64,000 nucleotides of DNA, taken from assembly GCA_963664405.1 (NCBI GenBank), contig OY761158.1, forward strand, positions 6,080,001-6,144,000. The letters run 5' to 3'. The notes under the pieces were generated by a model. It did not search any database. It was not told where the DNA came from and saw only the letters and a program-made list of their open reading frames with translations. How positions within the stretch are numbered: the first letter of the stretch is position 1; each line of letters starts with the position of its first letter. A program made the translations under genes and the position numbers. This document shows, piece after piece, positions 56,815 to 64,000 of the stretch. Origin of the DNA: Thermoanaerobaculia bacterium (lineage in GTDB: Bacteria > Acidobacteriota > Thermoanaerobaculia > Multivoradales > Multivoraceae).

Positions 56815-57203
56815 CGGCTCCAATACTCGCAGAATTGGTCTGCGCCGTTGCCCGAGGCGAATAGGAAGCAACGCCGGAGTGCGCCCTCCTCGTCGCCAAT
56901 ACTTACAGATTCGGTCTGCGCCGTGGTCCGAAGCGAATAAGAAGCAACGCCCAAGTTCGCCCTCCTCGGCTCCAATGCTCACAGATTCGGTCTGCGCCGT
57001 TGCCCGAAGCGAATAAGAAGCAACGCCCAAGTGCGCCGTCCTCGTCGCCAATACTTACAGATTCGATCTGCGCCGTTGCCCGAAGCGAATAAGAAGCAAC
57101 GCCCAAGTGCGCCGTCCTCGTCGCCAATACTTACAGATTCGATCTGCGCCGTTGCCCGGAGCGAATAGGAAGCAACGCCCGAGCGCGCCGTCCTCGGCGC
57201 CAA
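56815..57203. repeat. Tandem array of five 76-bp units
   Basis: CCAA(T) recurs at 56820, 56896, 56972, 57048, 57124 and 57200; unit CCAATACTTACAGATTCGRTCTGCGCCGTTGCCCGAAGCGAATAAGAAGCAACGCCCAAGTGCGCCGTCCTCGTCG. Confidence 0.95.
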
Positions 57204-57210
57204 AGAGCAA

Positions 57211-57250
57211 TTAGCTGGGGGAAATGATATCCATCATTTTCTCCGGCTAA
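57211..57250. repeat. 40-bp TTAG...CTAA hairpin on the sulfatase stop codon (possible terminator), homologous to 16124-16163
   Basis: TTAGCTGGGGGAAATGAT-ATCC-ATCATTTTCTCCGGCTAA. Confidence 0.8.
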
Positions 57251-58713
57251 ATGAACCACTTGATGTGGTCGCCGTTGTAGTCGGTCTCGACACTTCGCAC
57301 TCCCCTGGGCTGCTTCGGCGCCATCTCTTCGCCCCAGCGATCGAAGGCTTTCTTCATCTTGGTGACGAGATCCGGGTGCTTGGCCGCCATATCCTTCGAT
57401 TCGCCCGGATCTCGCTCGACGTTGTAGAGGCGCTCGAGATCGGACCCGATCATGAGCAGCTTCCATTCTCCGTAGCGTACAGCGGCGTTGGGCCCGGAGC
57501 GCCAAAACAGGTACTCGTGAGGTGCCCCCTGTTTCTCTCCCGTGAGGTAGGGAATCAGATTGACTCCGTCGAGTCGGTACTGCGCGGCGTCTTCCTCGCC
57601 GGCGACGGCCAGCGCTGTCGGGAAGAAATCGAGCGAGCTGACGGGGTGTCGGTATACCTCGCCCGCGGGGATCCGACCCTTCCACTGCACCAGATACGGA
57701 ACCCGGGTGCCGCCGTCGTAAAGATTGCGCTTGTGCCCGATCAGAGGCCGATTGTGCACCCGCTCGACATCGTTGCCCTCGGTGGCGCCGTTGTCGCTGG
57801 CGAAGATCACCAGAGTCTTCTCTTCCAGGCCCTCCTCCCGAAGCTTGGCGAGAACGGCGCCGACGGCATCGTCGAGCGCGCTCACCATCCCTGCATAGAT
57901 GCGCCGTGTTTCGTTCTCATGTTGGGGGAAGCGCTGGTAGTACTCGTCAGTGACTTGCATGGGGGAGTGCGGGGCGTTGAAGGCGAGGTAGAGAAAGAAG
58001 GGTCGATCTTTGTTTCGCTCGATGAACCCAACGCCTTCATTACCCAGGTGATCGGTCAGGTATTCCTCCAGCGGCACAATCTCACGCCCGCGGTACAAGC
58101 CGAGCATCCGATCGGGGTTTTCTCTCAGCCCCGCTATGCCGGGGATGCCTCCTTGCGAGATCTTGGGCTCGTCGACCGAGAGGTAGTGGGCACCGGGCCA
58201 CTTCGGGTCCAGATAGTTCATCCCTGCCGACATACCTACAAAGTAGTCGAACCCGCGATCGAGCGGATGGAGGAGCTCTCTCATCCCCAACTGCCACTTG
58301 CCGATCGCGGCGTTGGCGTAACCGACTTTCTTGAGAGCGTTGGCGATGGTCGTGTGCCCGATGCCGAGGGTTCCCCTTGCCGCCCCGATCGGCGGATTCA
58401 CCCCCGAATTGAGCTCCTTTCCCCAGCGCTGCTGATAGCGGCCGGTCATCAGGCCGTTGCGGGAGGGATTGCATACGGGTGCTGTCATATAGCCGGAGGT
58501 GAAGCGGATCCCATTGCGCCCAATCGAGTCGATGTGGGGTGTCGGAATGTCACTTCCATAGGAAGAGACGCTGCCGTAGCCGAGGTCGTCCGCAAAGAGG
58601 ATGACGATGTTGGCCTGGTCGCCTTGGGCGGCGCCGGCGGCGAGGCCCAGCAGGGCGAAGAGCGAGAGGGCGGTGGCCGTACGGAGCGCCGCGTCCAACC
58701 GTTTGTCTGGCAT
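57247..58713 (-). CDS. Sulfatase (arylsulfatase/GALNS-like), secreted
   Basis: NIVILFADDLGYG, CNPSR, IGKWQLG, YLAFNAPHSP, FASDNG. Confidence 0.92.
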   Translation of the reverse strand: MPDKRLDAALRTATALSLFALLGLAAGAAQGDQANIVILFADDLGYGSVSSYGSDIPTPHIDSIGRNGIRFTSGYMTAPVCNPSRNGLMTGRYQQRWGKELNSGVNPPIGAARGTLGIGHTTIANALKKVGYANAAIGKWQLGMRELLHPLDRGFDYFVGMSAGMNYLDPKWPGAHYLSVDEPKISQGGIPGIAGLRENPDRMLGLYRGREIVPLEEYLTDHLGNEGVGFIERNKDRPFFLYLAFNAPHSPMQVTDEYYQRFPQHENETRRIYAGMVSALDDAVGAVLAKLREEGLEEKTLVIFASDNGATEGNDVERVHNRPLIGHKRNLYDGGTRVPYLVQWKGRIPAGEVYRHPVSSLDFFPTALAVAGEEDAAQYRLDGVNLIPYLTGEKQGAPHEYLFWRSGPNAAVRYGEWKLLMIGSDLERLYNVERDPGESKDMAAKHPDLVTKMKKAFDRWGEEMAPKQPRGVRSVETDYNGDHIKWFI

Positions 58714-58834
58714 GGTCAAGTGATCGTACCAGCACTGGCAGTTGATCGTTATCCCTACCTCCCCCCTTGCATGTCGTCGAGGCCTACGGGTGTAGTGCGC
58801 TGGGTCCATCGCTCCCGAGGAGAGGCGCTAAGAT

Positions 58835-59083
58835 GCCGACGACACCGTTCGGGTGAACGGTTCGGCGACAGTGGTGAGTAAGGACACTCTGGAGGAGCGG
58901 GGAGCGATGCTCGCGGTGTACCAGCCTGACGAAAAGGCAAAGAATCTTCAGGGTCTGTTGATCCGAGTCGATGAGGTCTACACTCATTGCCCGCGTTCAT
59001 TGAAGTTCGGAGGCCTCTGGGATACCGAGGAGATCGAGCGCAACCAGAAGACTCGGCCCCTTCCCGCCCGAGAGGTGAGCTGA
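58835..59083 (+). pseudogene. Pyridoxamine 5'-phosphate oxidase-like FMN-binding protein, C-terminal remnant
   Basis: DDTVRVNGSA...VDEVYTHCPRSLKFGGLWD; N-terminal two-thirds not found. Confidence 0.55.
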
Positions 59084-59085
59084 CC

Positions 59086-59766
59086 ATGCGATTCGCCCTT
59101 TTTCTCTGTCTCTGCCTCGCCCTGATGCCGACCGAGGCCCAAGCGGAAGAAGCCGGTTGGATCGATCTCTTCAACGGCCGAGACCTGCAAGGCTGGACCC
59201 GACGCGGTGGGGAAGCCGAGTACCGAGTAGAGAAGGGTGCGATCGTGGGATCGACCGTGCTCGACACCTCGAACACCTTTCTGTGCACTGACCGCGACTA
59301 CGGCGACTTCACACTCGAGCTCGAGTTCAAGGTCGATCCCGATCTCAATTCGGGAGTACAGATCCGTAGCCATGTCTACGACAGAGAGAAGACGGCCATG
59401 ATCGGCGGCAAGACCAGGGTCAAACCGGCGGGCACGGTCTACGGTTACCAGGTCGAGATCGACCCCAGCGACCGCGCCTGGACGGGTGGAATCTACGACG
59501 AATCTCGCCGGGGGTGGCTGGTCGATCTGAGCCGCGACGAGGCCGCGCGCAAGGCGTTCAAAGCCGGGGCCTGGAACCACTTCAGAATCGAGGCACGAGG
59601 CTCGTCGATCAAGACCTGGGTCAACGGTGTACTCGCCGCCGATCTCTACGACGGAATGACCGCGAGCGGTTTTATCGGACTGCAGGTCCACAGCGTCGGC
59701 ACCGACGAAGAGCGGAAGGGAATCGAGACGCGGTGGCGCAACATCCGCATCAAGCCCTACGAGTAG
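59086..59766 (+). CDS. DUF1080 (3-keto-disaccharide hydrolase-like) secreted protein
   Basis: WIDLFNGRDL.GW, YGDFTLELEFK, NSGVQIRS, GYQVEI, GFIGLQVH, WRNIRIK. Confidence 0.9.
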   Translation: MRFALFLCLCLALMPTEAQAEEAGWIDLFNGRDLQGWTRRGGEAEYRVEKGAIVGSTVLDTSNTFLCTDRDYGDFTLELEFKVDPDLNSGVQIRSHVYDREKTAMIGGKTRVKPAGTVYGYQVEIDPSDRAWTGGIYDESRRGWLVDLSRDEAARKAFKAGAWNHFRIEARGSSIKTWVNGVLAADLYDGMTASGFIGLQVHSVGTDEERKGIETRWRNIRIKPYE

Positions 59767-59780
59767 ACCGGAGTGAGTGG

Positions 59781-60788
59781 CTAAACCCTGTAGATCCGCG
59801 TCGCGGTGCCGTAGAACATCGCGTGCTTTTCGTTCTCAGAGAAGTCCGCCACGATCTTCTTGAAGCCGTTCCAGAGCACCTGGTACGAGAGCGAGAGCTT
59901 GTCGACCGGATAGTTACTCTCGAACATGCAGCGCTCGGGTCCAAAGCACTCGATGGTGTGGAGGTAGTACTTTCGCTGCGCTTCCACGAAGTCGTCTGAA
60001 GTCGGAGGCGCCTCGTCTCGGTCCCAACCGAAACCGTTGTCCGGCATCGCCATTCCGCCGAGCTTGGCGAACACATTGGGGCACTCGGCAATGGCCGCCA
60101 GGTCTTGGGTCCATTGCTCGAAGATCTCTTCCTGCATACCTGCGTAGGCGCCGACGCCCAGCGGGGTGCCGAAGTGATCGAGGATCATGGTCGTCTCGGG
60201 GACGGCTTGCGCCAGGGAGCGGAAGTCCTGGTTCTGATGAAAGAAGTGCCAGGTGTCGTAGGTGTATCCCATGCGCCCCAGGGTCCTGACGCCGGTGCGG
60301 AAATCTTCACGGGAGTAGGGGCAGGGGCGACCTCGTCCCGCGTTGGTGAGAGTCCCGGTTGGATCGCTCGGCCCGGCATGGCGGATCCCTCGAAAGAGGC
60401 CGTGACCCGCTTCTTCGTGGGCGAGAAGAACCTCTTCGACACCCTCGCCGAGGGTCATGTCGGCGTGGCTGACGATCCCCGCGATCGTGGCCTTGCCTTC
60501 CTGCTTTGCGCTCTCTTGGGCAATCGCGGTGACGAACTCGGTCTCACCAACCGGCTTGAGGTGATCGGGTCCGCTGTCGCGGTAGCCGGAGTGGCAGTCG
60601 ATGAAGATGGTCTTCTCGACGTTGTGGCCCGAGCCGGTATCGGCCCACAGGTCTTCGAGAAGGTAGGAGCCCCATTTCCCAGGCTTGGCCCAGAGATGGT
60701 GGTGGGTGTCGATGATCGGCCGCTCTGGGTCGACGATCTCTTCGCTGACAGAGGCAAGCCATTCGGCGGATCCTGGTGTGGGCATCAT
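59781..60788 (-). CDS. Amidohydrolase_2 family (lactonase-like)
   Basis: IIDTHHHLW, FRGIRH, ILDHFG, FGPERCMFESNYPVD. Confidence 0.88.
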   Translation of the reverse strand: MMPTPGSAEWLASVSEEIVDPERPIIDTHHHLWAKPGKWGSYLLEDLWADTGSGHNVEKTIFIDCHSGYRDSGPDHLKPVGETEFVTAIAQESAKQEGKATIAGIVSHADMTLGEGVEEVLLAHEEAGHGLFRGIRHAGPSDPTGTLTNAGRGRPCPYSREDFRTGVRTLGRMGYTYDTWHFFHQNQDFRSLAQAVPETTMILDHFGTPLGVGAYAGMQEEIFEQWTQDLAAIAECPNVFAKLGGMAMPDNGFGWDRDEAPPTSDDFVEAQRKYYLHTIECFGPERCMFESNYPVDKLSLSYQVLWNGFKKIVADFSENEKHAMFYGTATRIYRV

Positions 60789-60818
60789 TGTTCTCCGTGG
60801 TGATTTTTGGCCGGTGCC

Positions 60819-62048
60819 TCAACTCGGCGCCGCGCCCTGAGTGCCGATGTAGACGGCGTAGAGTGACTGGCTTGCCGCCATGAACAGGCGATTGCGCTTG
60901 GGCCCGCCGAAACACAGATTGCCGCAGACCTCGGGCAGACGAATGCGGCCGATGAGCTTCCCCGCCGGTGTCCACACCGTCACCCCGTTGTAGCCGACAT
61001 TGTTGCCGGCGTTGCTCGACGCCCACAGATTGCCCGCGACGTCGCAGCGCAGGCCATCGGGCCCGCATTTCACGCCGTCGACCACACAGTCGGTGAAGAG
61101 GCGATGGTTGGAGAGCTTGTTGTCGGCGCCGACGTCGAAGGCAAAGACCTGCCCCTTGCCGCCCGATCCGGTATCGCCGGGCCCCTTGCCTGTGCTGGCG
61201 ACATAGAGCGTCTTGTAGTCGGGAGAAAAGCAGAGACCGTTGGGATCGGGCACCTGGTCTTCGGTGGCGACCCGCGCGAGCTTGCCGCTGGGATCCCATC
61301 GGTAGCACTGGGTCGGCAGCTCTCGCTTCCAGGCGCCGATGCCGGGCGGTTGGCCGAGAGTGGGGTTGAGAAGGCCGGCCGGGTTGGTGGGCCCTCCGGC
61401 CGCATCGGGGGCACCTTCGTAGAGCATTCCGCCATAGGGCGGATCGGTAAACCAGATGCTGCCGTCGGGATGGGGAACGGCGTCGTTCGGAGAGTTGAGT
61501 CGCTTGCCCTCGAACGAGTCGGCAAGCACGATAGCCGAGCCGTCGAGCTCGTAGCGCACCACGCGACGCATCAGATGCTGGCACGAGATCTGCCGGCCCT
61601 GGAAGTCGAAGGTGTTGCCGTTACTGTTCTGCGAGGGCGCTCGAAAGACGCTTACATGCCCGTCGTCCTCCAGCCAGCGCATCTGCCGGTTGTTCGGGAT
61701 GTCGCTCCAGATCAGGTATCGACCTTGGGAGCTCCAAGCCGGACCCTCGGCCCAGAGTGCGCCGGTCCAGAGACGCTGGATAGCGGAATTCGGTTGCGTC
61801 AGGCCACGGAACGAAGGATCGACAACGATGACATCCGGGTCCCAGAAGTAAGTGGTCGGTGCGGCCCCCGGTCCGAAATCGCGCGGTGGGGTGGTGACCG
61901 TACTCGGTGGCAGGACCGGCCTCGTCGCCTGCTGAGCCAGAGCGACCCCGCTGCCGATCGCCACGGCGCCGGAACCCAGCCCCACAGCCTTGATGAGCGT
62001 TCGTCGCGACACCGCCCGGTCGCCTATCGTCGCCTTTTCTGTCGCCAT
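60819..62048 (-). CDS. SMP-30/gluconolactonase family protein, Tat-exported
   Basis: SRRTLIK; WAEGPAW, WSDIPNN, LNSPND, WFTDPPYG, PDGLRCD. Confidence 0.9.
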   Translation of the reverse strand: MATEKATIGDRAVSRRTLIKAVGLGSGAVAIGSGVALAQQATRPVLPPSTVTTPPRDFGPGAAPTTYFWDPDVIVVDPSFRGLTQPNSAIQRLWTGALWAEGPAWSSQGRYLIWSDIPNNRQMRWLEDDGHVSVFRAPSQNSNGNTFDFQGRQISCQHLMRRVVRYELDGSAIVLADSFEGKRLNSPNDAVPHPDGSIWFTDPPYGGMLYEGAPDAAGGPTNPAGLLNPTLGQPPGIGAWKRELPTQCYRWDPSGKLARVATEDQVPDPNGLCFSPDYKTLYVASTGKGPGDTGSGGKGQVFAFDVGADNKLSNHRLFTDCVVDGVKCGPDGLRCDVAGNLWASSNAGNNVGYNGVTVWTPAGKLIGRIRLPEVCGNLCFGGPKRNRLFMAASQSLYAVYIGTQGAAPS

Positions 62049-62094
62049 CTCTGCCTCCTCGCCGCGGAGTCTCTCATGCATCGCAGTACCTCTT

Positions 62095-63006
62095 TTACCC
62101 GCCTCCGAGCTCCCTGATTCTTGCCAGCCTCTCGCCTTCGTTCGCTTGCAGCCACGGGTCGCTGCCGAGTCGTTCATGTGCGATCGCGAAGTGCGGCTTC
62201 GCCTCCTCCGCGCGGTCGAGTAAGAGCAAGCATTCGCCGATCTCTTCTTGCGTGTACCCTTCGGCCTCCTTGCCGGCGCGCTCGGGATGGTCCAGCAGCG
62301 GGAGCTGGATCACGAGAGCTTCTTCGACGCGACCGAGCAAGCGCAGCATCTTTGCTTTGGACCACAGCGCGATGCTCGCTTCGAAGCTTCTGCCGAGACT
62401 CTCCCTGAAGAGACGATCCTCTTCGAAGAGAGTCAGTGCCCGCTCGTGCTCGCCTCTGTCGCTGTAAGTCCACGCGAGGTTGTTACGCAGCGGTCCCAGC
62501 CAGCCGCGCACGCCTTCATCCTTGGCAGCCATCGCCATCTCGATCGCGCGCTCGTTCCACCGGATCGCCTGATCGGGCTCCTCGACGATGCCGAGCATGT
62601 GGGCGGCGTCGACGGCGAGGCCCTCGAATCCGCCACTCTGCGCGAGCGACAGCGCGGATTCGAAGTGCGCGACGGATGCGGCCGCGTCGCCACTGCTGTT
62701 GATCACCCGCCCACGTTCCAGATTCAGGCGCACCCGAGCCAGCTGCATATCTTCCGTTAGAGCCTCCTCGGCTTCATTCAGCACTTCATGGGCGTCGCCG
62801 AAACGCCGCTGAAGGCCGACGGATCTTGCCAGCTGCGTCAGCGCCTCGGCGGCGTAAGCGTCGTCGGCTGCTGCCTCCCCGCGCTCTTTGAGCTCTCTGA
62901 AGCGGGCTTCGCTCGCGGCGGGGTTCCCGAAATCCCACGCGCTGTCTACTTTGGGCAGTAAGTCAGGCACGGTCGCCGGCGCGTTTTCCAAGAGGCGGGC
63001 GAACAC
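62095..63006 (-). CDS. TPR-repeat protein
   Basis: WDFGNPAASEARF, LTQLAR..GLQRRF, LERGR..NSSG, DAAHMLG. Confidence 0.75.
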   Translation of the reverse strand: MFARLLENAPATVPDLLPKVDSAWDFGNPAASEARFRELKERGEAAADDAYAAEALTQLARSVGLQRRFGDAHEVLNEAEEALTEDMQLARVRLNLERGRVINSSGDAAASVAHFESALSLAQSGGFEGLAVDAAHMLGIVEEPDQAIRWNERAIEMAMAAKDEGVRGWLGPLRNNLAWTYSDRGEHERALTLFEEDRLFRESLGRSFEASIALWSKAKMLRLLGRVEEALVIQLPLLDHPERAGKEAEGYTQEEIGECLLLLDRAEEAKPHFAIAHERLGSDPWLQANEGERLARIRELGGG

Positions 63007-63009
63007 GGA

Positions 63010-63708
63010 TCAGCCGCAAAGCTGATCGGCGAGATCCGTGTAGTTCTCGGCGAGGATATCGAAGGAGGAGGTGTCGCCACGGCTTCCTGGCTCTCGCAGT
63101 TTCGGCTGTACGAACGCGGTCTTCAATCCGGCACGGGCCGCGGCTGCGAGGTCCCCGGGGTGTACTGCGACCATCATGACTTCTCCGGGTAGAGCGCCGA
63201 GCAATGAAGCGGCCTTGCGGTAGGCCTCCGGTTCGGGCTTGTATACGCCGAGGAACTCGCAGGATAGATAGGCGTCCCAGTCGATTCCGGCATGCTTGGA
63301 GCTGTCGACGGCGATAGACAGCGACAACACGGTGAGTATGGAGACGATGTAGTCCTCTCGCAACCGACTCAAGGCAGCCGGTACATCGGGCCACACGTCC
63401 ATTTGGTGCCAAGCGTCGTTGAGTTGGTCTCTTTCAGCCTCGGTGAGCTCGAGTCCTGAATACTTGTCGGCAAGCTCATCGAGAACGGTGCGGTGTAGCT
63501 GGTCCGCATTCTGCCAGGGAAGGTCGCCGGCTCGTACTTTCGCCAAGGTTTCGAACATGCGCCTTCGCCAGTCGAAGGCGAAGGACTCGTCGTCGACGTC
63601 GACGCCCTTTTGCGAGGCGAGCTGGCGCAGTGCAGTTCGGGTGGCGGTTTGCCAGTCGAAGATGCTTCCTCCGACGTCGAAAGTGAGGGCTTTGATCCCG
63701 TTTTTCAT
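63010..63708 (-). CDS. Haloacid dehalogenase type II (HAD superfamily)
   Basis: LTFDVGGSIFDW, YKP.PEAY, MMVAVHPGDL. Confidence 0.85.
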   Translation of the reverse strand: MKNGIKALTFDVGGSIFDWQTATRTALRQLASQKGVDVDDESFAFDWRRRMFETLAKVRAGDLPWQNADQLHRTVLDELADKYSGLELTEAERDQLNDAWHQMDVWPDVPAALSRLREDYIVSILTVLSLSIAVDSSKHAGIDWDAYLSCEFLGVYKPEPEAYRKAASLLGALPGEVMMVAVHPGDLAAAARAGLKTAFVQPKLREPGSRGDTSSFDILAENYTDLADQLCG

Positions 63709-63712
63709 CTGT

Positions 63713-64000
63713 TCACCTTGGGAAAGTGTCTATGCCCGGCTTCGGGTCCGGCTGAGTCGCCAGGATCGCTGCGAGTCGTTCCACCACCTGAGGTCGCTCC
63801 ATCGCGAGGTTCTTCCGCTCGAGAGGATCGGTCTGGTAGTCGTAGAGCTCATAGTCCTGCCCGCCCTGCTCGCCGATTGCTTTCCATTCAACCAGACGAT
63901 AGCGCTGCGTGCGGATTGCCCGGCCCAGGCGGTTGCCTTTGGGATAGCAGTGGTAGGCGTAGCCACCGCGCGCGGGTTTCTCACCCTTCAACAGCGGTAC
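63713..64000 (-). CDS. Sulfatase, C-terminal part; gene starts beyond the window
   Basis: LGRAIRTQRYRLVEW, ELYDYQTDPLE..NLA. Confidence 0.8.
   Translation of the reverse strand, partial: VPLLKGEKPARGGYAYHCYPKGNRLGRAIRTQRYRLVEWKAIGEQGGQDYELYDYQTDPLERKNLAMERPQVVERLAAILATQPDPKPGIDTFPR

Noticed and set aside
56815-57203. CRISPR array
   Set aside because: The whole 76-bp unit is conserved, so there are no unique spacers; no cas genes are in the window
56785-57203. Overlapping small ORFs (MATRTAHLGVASYSLRATAQ...) as repeated peptide precursors
   Set aside because: They are by-products of a 76-bp period rotating through frames; they lack RBSs, and the same DNA occurs at 16 kb in a non-coding context
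1-64000. tRNA, rRNA, prophage, integron or known defence systems
   Set aside because: No recognisable signatures were found by eye

Overview
GC-rich bacterial window, most consistent with Acidobacteriota (Thermoanaerobaculia-like; inferred from one C-terminal protein domain and gene content, not proven). It is dominated by secreted or periplasmic catabolic enzymes: nine sulfatase loci (one disrupted, one partial) with a formylglycine-generating enzyme, three DUF3604/PHP-like proteins, a PhoD-like phosphatase, a PQQ dehydrogenase, amidohydrolases and an acyl-CoA catabolic cluster at the left edge. Three insertion sequences could be bounded. A four-ORF IS21-family element (5-bp TSD) is nested in a decayed ISKra4-family element, and an IS256-family element (8-bp TSD) splits a vanadium-haloperoxidase-like gene. 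A variant c-di-GMP-I riboswitch precedes a secreted beta-helix protein. The best candidates for undescribed biology are three. (1) A coupled two-gene unit at 41194-42581 encodes a 73-aa precursor-like peptide with an RGG/RGK-repeat core next to a PqqD/RRE-TPR-SAM methyltransferase fusion, a possible new RiPP-type methylation system. (2) A family of YTAG-bounded palindromic miniature elements sits mostly on TAG stop codons, and one is inserted in frame (54 codons) inside a lipoprotein signal peptide. (3) A 5 x 76-bp tandem array is linked to that repeat family. Several unannotated gene remnants (CoA-transferase, RelE/ParE, Crp/Fnr, APH(6)-like, PPOX) indicate ongoing deletional decay. All family calls are from motif recognition by eye; no database searches were run.
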